From Chthoniobacteraceae bacterium (lineage in GTDB: Bacteria; Verrucomicrobiota; Verrucomicrobiia; Chthoniobacterales; Chthoniobacteraceae), in contig JANNWY010000075.1 of assembly GCA_031409335.1 (NCBI GenBank), forward strand, positions 1-15,235: 15,235 nucleotides of DNA, read 5' to 3'. Below are positions 1-7,768 of the stretch, one piece after another (the first letter of the stretch is position 1; each line of letters begins with the position of its first letter). The notes beneath the pieces were generated by a model. It was not told the DNA's origin and searched no databases. It worked only from the letters and a program-made list of their open reading frames with translations. A program made the translations under genes and the position numbers.

Positions 1-2466
1 AACCTCCGCCCGATCGGCCTGCTGCCTGCCGTGGCGGGTCGCACCATTGCCGGGACGCTCTTTGCCCTGCAGCAGAGCGAGGGCGAGGACTATCACGCCT
101 TGCTGCAAGTCGCGCCGCCTCTCACCACGGCGGACCCGAAGTGGGTGTCCGTCTCGGGCGGAAGCCGGAGCAACGAATCCGACATGACGCTGACTTGGGA
201 AGTGCAGGCGTCGCAGCCCGGCCTGGCGCAATTCTCCCGGGTCGGCAGCCCGATCAAAACGATGGCGCGCAATCCGCAGACGAAGCTTTACGGCGTCTCC
301 GCCAAGCTCGAACTCACCAAGGTGGGCGCGGATCGCGTCCGGTTCGTCCGGCGACTCGGCCACTCGGTGGTGCGCGAGGAATTCTCCGGGAACTTCCGCG
401 AACTCGCCGACGAACTCCGCCGCACCCAAACCACGAGCGCCAAGACCGTGGCCGGCACGGTCGTCGAGCTGTGCCAGTTTCAGGGGAAGCCATTCACCGT
501 GCAGGTGCAGACTCAGGGTGGTCCTTTGGAGACGTCCGTCTTCGCGCCTGTGGAGATGGTGGCGTGGACTGGTCCGTCGATCATCTTGCTGTTGGTCGGC
601 ATCGGGGTCATCGCGCTCATCGTCGTGCTCGCGCGAAAGGGCGTGTCTGCCGGGAAGATCGTGCTGCTGGTCATCGGCGCTCCGCTTCTCCTCGCCGCGC
701 TGATCTTCGCCGTGCTGGCCGGCGGCTACGCGCAGTGGTCAACGGGCACAGGAAACGTCAGATTCTCCTCGATCGGCCTCCTCGCAATCGGCGCGGTGAT
801 TCTGCTCATCATCGTCGCCGGCATCACGCTGCTCGTCGTGCTCGTGCGCAAAGGAGGCGCCGCTGGGAAGATCGTGGGGTTCATTGTGGGAGGGATGGTG
901 CTTCTGCTCGCCATTGCGGTCGCCGCGATACCCGCCGTGCGGCGTATCTCATGTGATTTCGGACCGGAGGCGACTGTCGTGCAATTGCCGCAGCCCGGCC
1001 AAAGCAGTGACAACCCCGGCGCGGTGCCATTGGAAAAGTCGCTTCCCGCTGCGTCACTGCCCGATGCGCGCATCCTCGTCTATGCCGCCACCGGCATCGC
1101 GCATGGCTGGGTTCAGATCCAAGCGCGCCTTGATCCGGATCACGAACTCGCGTTTTTCCTCGGCGAAGAAGGAAGCGGCTGGTCGAGCGTCGTGCGATTT
1201 GCAAAAAAGGGCGACTACCAGTCCTTCATCGAAAAGTCGGACGCCATCGCCCTCGAAAACGGCGGAAAGGGCCGCGGGTTCTTGATCCGCAGCGGACCGG
1301 GCGGTGATGCGGATGGGGCGAAGAGCATTGCCTATGTGTCGATGGAGCCAGGCGGCTCCGTGCCTGCGGGCGAACTCACCTTTCGCACCCGCGAACTCAA
1401 CGTGACCGACAACACAACGCGGATCACCTTCGCCGACATCGTCACGCCCGACGGCCGGCGCATCCCGATGACCGCGCGTGTCCGGCCGAGAACGCAGGCG
1501 GCCACGGCCTCGAAAGCCCCCGCGCTCGAAGCGTCCATCCCCGGGCAGATCGACTTCAAAGTCCTCCGCGTCGAGAACCCGTCGGGCACGCGCGACATCC
1601 TCCTGCACTTCGAGCGCGACACGAACCACGGCCTCGCCATCGAAGTCTGGCAGGACGTGACCGCTTCGCCGGACGGCCAGGCGCCGAAGGAAGGCTACCG
1701 CACGTCGCAGCAGAAAACGTGGGTCGGGCTGAACGGCGGGCGCGTGCTCGGGTGGACGCTGCCGCAGGAATTCACCGAGGCGCAAGCGAGCGCGCTGGCG
1801 AAGGACATGGAGACAAAGTGGAAGGGTTCGCATCCGCTGCCGGACGGTGCGGTGCCGGAGTTCGCCACCGCGCTGCATCGCGATGGCTGGAAATATCACC
1901 TCGTCACGAAGGTGCTGCGCGAGCCGGGTTCGCCGCGTCCGCCCGCGCCCGCGGGAGCATTGTTCACCGCCGAGCAGCGTTTCAACTGGCCGGCCGACGC
2001 GCTGGCGCGGGTGACACTTGCCCAATCGGCGAAGGATGGGCCGAAGACGAACTTGGGCGAGAGCTTCGTTTTCAAGACCGCACAGAATCGCGCGACGGGG
2101 TTCACGCTCCGCTGGCACGCCTACCCCGCGCAGCAGGGGAAGTTTGGGAATCAGTGGATCCTGGACTTGGTTGATCCCGACTCCGGCGTGATCTTTCACC
2201 GCATCGAAAACCGATTCATCAAGCCGGTGAAGCTAACCTCGCCCAACGTGCCGCCGCTGCCCCACGTCGCCGAGGTCGCAGAACCGGGCGACTCAAGAAC
2301 ACGGGTCGAATTCCAACTTCTGCGTGCCGAGGAACAAACCGACCCGGGTGCCGCACTGACCGCATGGTGGGATGTTTTTGCGACGGTGGAGCTCCCGGGC
2401 GACCGGCCCGTTCCTGCGTTTCAAATGGCACCCGAACTCGGCACATGGCGCGAGGTGGTCAAGTAA
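1..2466 (+). CDS. 5'-truncated large membrane protein (4 predicted TM helices plus beta-rich extracytoplasmic modules); probably the C-terminal part of a Ser/Thr kinase paralog
   Basis: The frame is open from base 1 (NLRPIGLLPAVAGRT...), so the GTG at 31 is probably not the true start. Stop is TAA at 2464-2466 and codon usage is GC3-rich. It has two hydrophobic hairpins with RKG..AGK loops. The first 39 aa align ungapped with the downstream kinase (5981-6097). Confidence 0.8.
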   Translation, partial: NLRPIGLLPAVAGRTIAGTLFALQQSEGEDYHALLQVAPPLTTADPKWVSVSGGSRSNESDMTLTWEVQASQPGLAQFSRVGSPIKTMARNPQTKLYGVSAKLELTKVGADRVRFVRRLGHSVVREEFSGNFRELADELRRTQTTSAKTVAGTVVELCQFQGKPFTVQVQTQGGPLETSVFAPVEMVAWTGPSIILLLVGIGVIALIVVLARKGVSAGKIVLLVIGAPLLLAALIFAVLAGGYAQWSTGTGNVRFSSIGLLAIGAVILLIIVAGITLLVVLVRKGGAAGKIVGFIVGGMVLLLAIAVAAIPAVRRISCDFGPEATVVQLPQPGQSSDNPGAVPLEKSLPAASLPDARILVYAATGIAHGWVQIQARLDPDHELAFFLGEEGSGWSSVVRFAKKGDYQSFIEKSDAIALENGGKGRGFLIRSGPGGDADGAKSIAYVSMEPGGSVPAGELTFRTRELNVTDNTTRITFADIVTPDGRRIPMTARVRPRTQAATASKAPALEASIPGQIDFKVLRVENPSGTRDILLHFERDTNHGLAIEVWQDVTASPDGQAPKEGYRTSQQKTWVGLNGGRVLGWTLPQEFTEAQASALAKDMETKWKGSHPLPDGAVPEFATALHRDGWKYHLVTKVLREPGSPRPPAPAGALFTAEQRFNWPADALARVTLAQSAKDGPKTNLGESFVFKTAQNRATGFTLRWHAYPAQQGKFGNQWILDLVDPDSGVIFHRIENRFIKPVKLTSPNVPPLPHVAEVAEPGDSRTRVEFQLLRAEEQTDPGAALTAWWDVFATVELPGDRPVPAFQMAPELGTWREVVK

Positions 2467-2577
2467 TCGGGTGGTTTACGACGATGAAGATTCTGGGACT
2501 GCTCAAATCAGCAGAGTGACTGACGCGATCCAAAGACGCTGTTCGGTCATCATTTTCGACGAAGTAACACACCTGCT

Positions 2578-2602
2578 GTAACCCGCGTCGCATCTTGCGT
2601 AT
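2578..2602 (+). promoter_or_regulatory. Putative ECF-sigma promoter GTAAC-N15-CGTAT upstream of the sigma gene (possible autoregulation)
   Basis: GTAAC at 2578-2582 and CGTAT at 2598-2602, ending 21 nt before the ATG. It matches the AAC/CGT pattern of ECF -35/-10 boxes. The same boxes with the same spacing occur upstream of the kinase. Confidence 0.6.
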
Positions 2603-2623
2603 TCAGACTCGGAACACGCATCC

Positions 2624-3361
2624 ATGCCCGACTCCCACAATTCAGAGAAAACACCGCTCTTTGCCACGACCCGCTGGTCCGTGGTGCTCGCGGCGCGCGA
2701 TGGCGGGGCGGGTGATGCGGCGACGGCGCTGGAGCATTTGTGCCGGACTTACTGGCCGTCGCTTTACGGCTATGCGCGGCGGCGCGGGTGTTCGCCACAC
2801 GATGCCGAGGATGCGACGCAGGCGTTCTTCACGCGGCTCTTGGAAAAGGATTACCTCCAGGCGGTGCGGCGCGAACTCGGGCCGTTCCGCGCGTTTCTCC
2901 AAATGGCGTTCAAGCGGTTTCTCGCGAAGGAACGCGACCGTGCGGGTGCGCTGCAACGGGGCGGTGGCGCGACGCATGTGCCGTTCGATCTTCAAAGCGC
3001 GGAGCTCGATTACGCCGGAGATGCGCCGGGCCTTCCCGCCGACGAAATATTTGAGGTGCGCTGGGCGATGACGGTGCTGGCGACGGTGATGCAGGTGCTC
3101 CGTGAGGAGTTCCGCGCCACCGGGCGGGAGGCGGAATTTGAGGTCTTGAAGACAACGCTCAGCGCTCCGAAGGACGGGATGCGCTACGCGGAAATGGCGA
3201 CGGCGATCGGTTCCTCGGATGGCGCGGTGCGCGTGGCGGCGCATCGGCTGCGCAAGCGCTTCCGCGAACTCTTCCGCGCGGAGGTCGCGCAGACGGTGTC
3301 CAAGCACGAGGACATCGACGAGGAAGTGCGCCATCTCGTGTCCGTGCTCGCCCGGGCATGA
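2624..3361 (+). CDS. ECF-type RNA polymerase sigma-70 factor, kinase-associated
   Basis: 245 aa with an N-terminal FATTRWSVV motif. Region 2 reads LCRTYWPSLYGYARRRGCSPHDAEDATQAFF...FRAFL. The region-4 HTH reads YAEMATAIGSSDGAVRVAAHRLRKRFRE. It is adjacent to a Ser/Thr kinase gene. Confidence 0.93.
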   Translation: MPDSHNSEKTPLFATTRWSVVLAARDGGAGDAATALEHLCRTYWPSLYGYARRRGCSPHDAEDATQAFFTRLLEKDYLQAVRRELGPFRAFLQMAFKRFLAKERDRAGALQRGGGATHVPFDLQSAELDYAGDAPGLPADEIFEVRWAMTVLATVMQVLREEFRATGREAEFEVLKTTLSAPKDGMRYAEMATAIGSSDGAVRVAAHRLRKRFRELFRAEVAQTVSKHEDIDEEVRHLVSVLARA

Positions 3362-3378
3362 ATTCTTTCGTTTCCCCA

Positions 3379-3403
3379 GTAACGCGCGCATGCCGGTCCG
3401 TAT
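3379..3403 (+). promoter_or_regulatory. Putative ECF-sigma promoter GTAAC-N15-CGTAT upstream of the kinase gene
   Basis: GTAAC at 3379-3383 and CGTAT at 3399-3403, ending 24 nt before the kinase ATG. It lies in a 66-nt intergenic gap and has the same boxes and spacing as 2578-2602. Confidence 0.6.
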
Positions 3404-3427
3404 GGTGATGGTTGAACACCCACCGCC

Positions 3428-6400
3428 ATGCCCGATTTCACTCCCGCAACTCACACCTGTCCGCAATGCGGAGCGCCCGTCGCCGCACGAGCGCCCGAAG
3501 GACTCTGCCCGCGCTGCGTCGCGGCGCTGAATCTCTGCGCGGACACGGCCTTCACGGGAGGTGCGGTCGCCCCGATGCCGTCGCCGTCGCAGGAGGAACT
3601 CGCCCCGCATTTTCCCCAGCTCGAAATCATCGAGTGCCTCGGGCGCGGCGGGATGGGCGTCGTGTATAAGGCGCGGCAGAAGTCGCTGAACCGCTTCGTC
3701 GCGCTGAAGCTGCTCGCGCCGGAGCGCGCGGATGATCCGCAGTTCGCGGCGCGCTTTGAAAAGGAGGCGCAGGCGCTCGCAGCGCTGAACCATCCGCACA
3801 TCGTCGCCGTGCATGACTTCGGGCAGGCGGGCGGCTTCTTCTATCTGCTCATGGAGTTCGTCGATGGCGTGAATCTGCGGCAGGCGATGAAGGCGGGGCG
3901 CTTCACGCCGGAGCAGGCGCTCGCGGTGGTGCCGCCGGTCTGCGAGGCGCTGCAATACGCGCATGAGCACGGCATCGTGCATCGCGACATCAAGCCGGAG
4001 AATCTGCTGCTCGACAAAGACGGCCGCGTGAAGATCGCCGACTTCGGCATCGCGAAGATGCTCCACACGGAGGGCGCGGATGTCGGCCTCGCGGAAAGCC
4101 AGCCCGCCGGCACACCGCAATACATGGCGCCGGAGCAGAAGGAGCATCGCCGAACCGATCATCGCGCGGACATTTACTCGCTCGGCGTGGTGCTCTACGA
4201 ACTGCTCACCGGCGAACTTCCGGCGGACAAACTGCAGCCGCCTTCGCGGAAGGTGCAGATTGACGTGCGGCTCGATGAGATCGTCCTGCGCGCGCTGGAA
4301 GTGAAGCCGGAGCTGCGCTTCCAGACCGCGGCGGATTTCCGCACGCAGGTGGAGACGGTGGCTCACGAAAGCGGGACTTCCCGACCTCCGCAGGCATCAT
4401 CGGGGCGCGTGCTCCGGATGGTGAACGGAGTGGTGACGACGCCGGATCGGTTGGCCGCGACGGGCGAGCAAATGTTCCTCTTCCGACGGAAGACACAGAT
4501 CGTCCTCACGGATCGTGAGTTCAACTTCACGCAGGATGGCGTCCCGGTCTGCGTGCCGCTCTCAGCGATTCGTGACGTGAGCATCGGCCGACTGCCCCGC
4601 GTGGTGAATATGATCGGCATCCGGATTATGAGCGTGACGTTCGACGAGTCCGGCGCGCGGCGGCAGTTCTTCTTCTTTCTGAATGACGGTTCATGGGCGT
4701 CACCGGGGGAGCTGAACCGCCGGGTGAGCGAGTGGGTCGATGCGCTCAGTGCTGCGGTGCAGGATGCGACCGGCCACGCGCCGACGCGCACGCCAGCAGA
4801 CCGACTCGGGATGCCGCCCGGCGCGCCCGGTGCGATGCTCATCATGCTTGTGCCGGGGCTCATCGCGATCCTGTGCATCTTCGGCATTGTGTGGAGCCCG
4901 CCCGGTTCCTTCCCTGCCCGCTTTTTCACGATCTTCCCTGTCCTTGTTTTCGCGGTGGCAGCCGTTGTGGGGTCGCTGGTTTTCGCACTGGGAAGACGCC
5001 GCCCGTCCACGGACGAAGAGGTTTCCGCGATCGAGAATCCTGCGGGCTTCTCGCGTGTGGCCATCGTGGGGGCGGCGTGGTTCGGAGTGGCGTTGGTTGG
5101 CATCCTGACAGTTGCGGGTCCGATCCAGAGGGGCCTGCCGTGGTGGCAAACGCTGCTCAGTTTCATGATTCTCTTGCCCACACTTTCCGCGCCATTCGGC
5201 ACGACGATCCTCGGCTGGGTCGCAGTCTCCCAGATTCGCCGGTCTGCCGGAAAGCTCCGCGGACTGGGGCTGGCCGTGTTCGACGGCGTGCTGTTCCCGC
5301 TGCTCGTGCTGGATGGATTCATCGGCTGGCTGACTTTTCTCCTCACGCGCCTGGTCGTGGATTTCCACGCGAATCCGTCGGTTGTGGGTGATCCACGCAT
5401 CTCCCCGCCGTTCCTCACGCGGCTGGCCAATGACCTGACGCAGCAGGGCGTCAGCGCGACGCTCCTCGCCGTCACGACGGGCCTCGTGATCCTCGTCGTG
5501 GACTTCCTCCTCATCCGCGCGGTTTGGCGGGCGATGAACCGCCCGGCTCCCGCCTCCGGCCCGGCGAGTCCCGCTACGTCGCGCTCCGGCTGCCTGCGCG
5601 CCCTGGCGATCGTCGGCCTGGTGGTGCTGGTCGTGTTTGGGACCATGACCGGCGTGTATTTTCTTTCCCGTCAGCCCTACCCTACGGTGACGCCGTCCTT
5701 CACCCAATTCCGCTTGGAGAAAAACGTGGTGATCCTGAATTTCCAGGCGGTGATTTCGCGCGGGCCGGTCGAGGTGCAGTTGGTCTTGGAGGGCCCGGAA
5801 CTGTCGGCAGAAGCGGCGACTCTGGTGCCCGCATCGAACGACATTTCTGATGATGCGGAAGTGATCGCTCCCGGCCAAAGCGCGGAAGCCGGACGCGTGC
5901 GCATCTTGAACACGAGCATCACCACATGGCGCGCGGCGTTCGTCTTCCCGACCGAAGCGCTGGCCCGGGAGGTGTGGGAGAACCTGCAGCCGATCGGCCC
6001 GCTCGAAGTGCGGCCGGATCGCAAGACCGGGGGCGAATTGTTTGAAGTGAAGACAGCGACGGGCGCGACCTACACGGCCCTGTTTCTCGCCGGTCCGATT
6101 CGCCCGGGCCCGGCAATCGGCGACGATTTCCCGCGAGGCGCGCACATCGGTCGGAACAATCACTCCGTGCTCGTCACGCACGACGTCACAGCCCTGCACT
6201 ACGTCTTTTATTACGCGGGCGATTTTGGATCGTCGTCATCTGGCTCGCAGAATCTGCCCACGCGTTCCTGGGAGGATGAAGGCGCGGTCACGCTCAAGAA
6301 CGGTCGCACCTTTGGCTACCGTCGCACCGCACGCTACCCGGATGAGCTGACAGTGAACGGCACGCGATACGACCTGCTGAAAGGCCGCGTGTTTGTGCTC

Positions 6401-6604
6401 CGCGCCGACAGCACGGCGGAGCAGTTGAAGCTGTTCCCGCCTCTCCCGGTGGCGCGTGATCCGGAGGCTCTGGCGAAGCTGCTGGTTGCACAATCGCCGG
6501 AAGCATCAACAAGCCCCGCTCCCACATCCCAGCTCGAAGCCCCGGCGACGACGACCACAGTCCCCAAGGCAACCGAACCACAGGCAATCCAACCGCAACC
6601 ATGA
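3428..6604 (+). CDS. Hanks-type Ser/Thr protein kinase: N-terminal Cys4 zinc ribbon, kinase domain, PH-like domain, polytopic membrane region, extracytoplasmic C-terminus
   Basis: Kinase motifs are intact: GRGGMGVVY, VALK, RFEKEAQAL, HRDIKPEN, DFG, GTPQYMAPE, DIYSLG. The N-terminus has CPQC-x12-CPRC. There are about 7 hydrophobic segments, including a DUF4190-like LGWVAVSQIRRSAGKLRGLGLA, and a Pro/Thr-rich tail. Confidence 0.96.
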   Translation: MPDFTPATHTCPQCGAPVAARAPEGLCPRCVAALNLCADTAFTGGAVAPMPSPSQEELAPHFPQLEIIECLGRGGMGVVYKARQKSLNRFVALKLLAPERADDPQFAARFEKEAQALAALNHPHIVAVHDFGQAGGFFYLLMEFVDGVNLRQAMKAGRFTPEQALAVVPPVCEALQYAHEHGIVHRDIKPENLLLDKDGRVKIADFGIAKMLHTEGADVGLAESQPAGTPQYMAPEQKEHRRTDHRADIYSLGVVLYELLTGELPADKLQPPSRKVQIDVRLDEIVLRALEVKPELRFQTAADFRTQVETVAHESGTSRPPQASSGRVLRMVNGVVTTPDRLAATGEQMFLFRRKTQIVLTDREFNFTQDGVPVCVPLSAIRDVSIGRLPRVVNMIGIRIMSVTFDESGARRQFFFFLNDGSWASPGELNRRVSEWVDALSAAVQDATGHAPTRTPADRLGMPPGAPGAMLIMLVPGLIAILCIFGIVWSPPGSFPARFFTIFPVLVFAVAAVVGSLVFALGRRRPSTDEEVSAIENPAGFSRVAIVGAAWFGVALVGILTVAGPIQRGLPWWQTLLSFMILLPTLSAPFGTTILGWVAVSQIRRSAGKLRGLGLAVFDGVLFPLLVLDGFIGWLTFLLTRLVVDFHANPSVVGDPRISPPFLTRLANDLTQQGVSATLLAVTTGLVILVVDFLLIRAVWRAMNRPAPASGPASPATSRSGCLRALAIVGLVVLVVFGTMTGVYFLSRQPYPTVTPSFTQFRLEKNVVILNFQAVISRGPVEVQLVLEGPELSAEAATLVPASNDISDDAEVIAPGQSAEAGRVRILNTSITTWRAAFVFPTEALAREVWENLQPIGPLEVRPDRKTGGELFEVKTATGATYTALFLAGPIRPGPAIGDDFPRGAHIGRNNHSVLVTHDVTALHYVFYYAGDFGSSSSGSQNLPTRSWEDEGAVTLKNGRTFGYRRTARYPDELTVNGTRYDLLKGRVFVLRADSTAEQLKLFPPLPVARDPEALAKLLVAQSPEASTSPAPTSQLEAPATTTTVPKATEPQAIQPQP

Positions 6605-6711
6605 AACGTAGCGCGAGACCGGCTACGAAGATTGACCGCATGGAGCTGGAGGCCGGAGCAAAGCCGCCTCGCTAAGAAAACGCCCATCCATTCGTCAGCA
6701 CTCGAAGCACT

Positions 6712-7713
6712 ATGAAACCCCTCGTCTTTTTTGGACTCATCACCGTGTCGCTCGCGACTTCATCGTTCGCCGAATTGCCGCCTCAACTCAAGCCGCTCGC
6801 CGGACGATACGACAGTGACTGCGCGGCCCTGGCCGCGTCCGCGGATGCTGCGCTGAAGCCCGCGCGCGAACGCTATCTCGCCGCGCTCGCCGCCGCGCAG
6901 AAGGTCGCGACGGCGGCGGTGAAGACCGGCGATCTCGCGGCCATCTCCGCCGAAATCGCGGGCGTGAACGGCGGCGCGGTGAAGCCCGAGATTCCACCCG
7001 ACCTGCCACGCGGCCTCGCCACCGAGCGCAAGAATTTCATCGCCGTCACCGCGAGCATCGAAAAAGCGATCCCGCCAAAGCAGCGGGAACTCGCGACGAA
7101 GTATCTGCAAACGCTGGTTGCGCTGGAAGCGCAGGCGTTGCGAGCGAAAGACACCGCGCTCACTGAAGCCGTCGCCGCGGAGAAAACGCGCGTGCTCCCG
7201 CAGATCGAGGCCGCGGGCGGCGGGCAGAAAAATCGCAATGTCGTCGAGAACAGTGATTTCTCGGGGGGCAAACCGGGCGACTGGCCGCCGGGCTGGCGCA
7301 AAAGTAACGACTGGAAGCAGGCCGACGACGTCGCGCTGATCCGCGAAGGCGACGAGCAGTTCATCCGCTTCCGCAGGCTCAAGGCCGAACACCATCTGGA
7401 AGTGTCGCCGGAGAAAGTCATCGCCGTTCCCGCGAACGCGCGCGCGGTGGAGTTCAGCGCACGCGTCCGCGTGAAAGGGCTGACGGCAGGGAAGGACTAC
7501 GACTACTATCCCGGCTTGCGAGTGAGCACCCGCGACGCCGCGGGCGAGAAGATCGCCGAGGAGCACGCGGACGCAAAACAGGACGGTGGATGGAAGAAAT
7601 TCAGCGGACGTTGTGCCGTGGCGGCGAACGCAAAGGCAATTCGCGTTGAGGTGGGTGCATTCGGCGCGGCGGGCGTATTCGATTTCGATGACGTGGTGGT
7701 GGAGTTCAAATAG
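6712..7713 (+). CDS. Secreted protein with a duplicated helical N-terminal repeat and a C-terminal carbohydrate-binding-module-like (CBM4/9-type) beta-sandwich
   Basis: Signal peptide MKPLVFFGLITVSLATSSFA|E is followed by an Ala-rich helical region. NVVENSDF...PPGW at the domain start and FDFDDVVV at its end are typical of CBM_4_9/galactose-binding folds. Confidence 0.75.
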   Translation: MKPLVFFGLITVSLATSSFAELPPQLKPLAGRYDSDCAALAASADAALKPARERYLAALAAAQKVATAAVKTGDLAAISAEIAGVNGGAVKPEIPPDLPRGLATERKNFIAVTASIEKAIPPKQRELATKYLQTLVALEAQALRAKDTALTEAVAAEKTRVLPQIEAAGGGQKNRNVVENSDFSGGKPGDWPPGWRKSNDWKQADDVALIREGDEQFIRFRRLKAEHHLEVSPEKVIAVPANARAVEFSARVRVKGLTAGKDYDYYPGLRVSTRDAAGEKIAEEHADAKQDGGWKKFSGRCAVAANAKAIRVEVGAFGAAGVFDFDDVVVEFK

Positions 7714-7744
7714 CGGGCGGCACGCGGGTGCCATTCATCGTGCG

Positions 7745-7767
7745 CCGGCCCGCGCGCGTGAGGCCGG
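7745..7767. terminator. GC-rich hairpin between convergent genes (possible terminator)
   Basis: CCGGCC (7745-7750) pairs with GGCCGG (7762-7767) in the 55-nt gap between two stop codons. There is no U-tract. Confidence 0.25.
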
Positions 7768-7768
7768 G

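Noticed and set aside
141..2199. Alternative-frame and antisense ORFs (141..956 +, 1054..2199 -)
   Set aside because: They are Arg-rich off-frame readings of the real frame-1 gene.
2642..4366. 574-aa minus-strand ORF
   Set aside because: It is the antisense shadow of the sigma and kinase genes, common in high-GC DNA, and has no independent motifs.
4363..6199. 427-aa and 499-aa minus-strand ORFs
   Set aside because: They lie antisense to the kinase and have Arg/Ser/Thr-biased, non-protein-like composition.
6607..6627. CGTAGC/GCTACG hairpin just after the kinase stop
   Set aside because: The stem is only 6 bp and has no U-tract, which is too weak to call a terminator.
6760..7734. 324-aa minus-strand ORF
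   Set aside because: It is antisense to the signal-peptide-bearing gene at 6712..7713.
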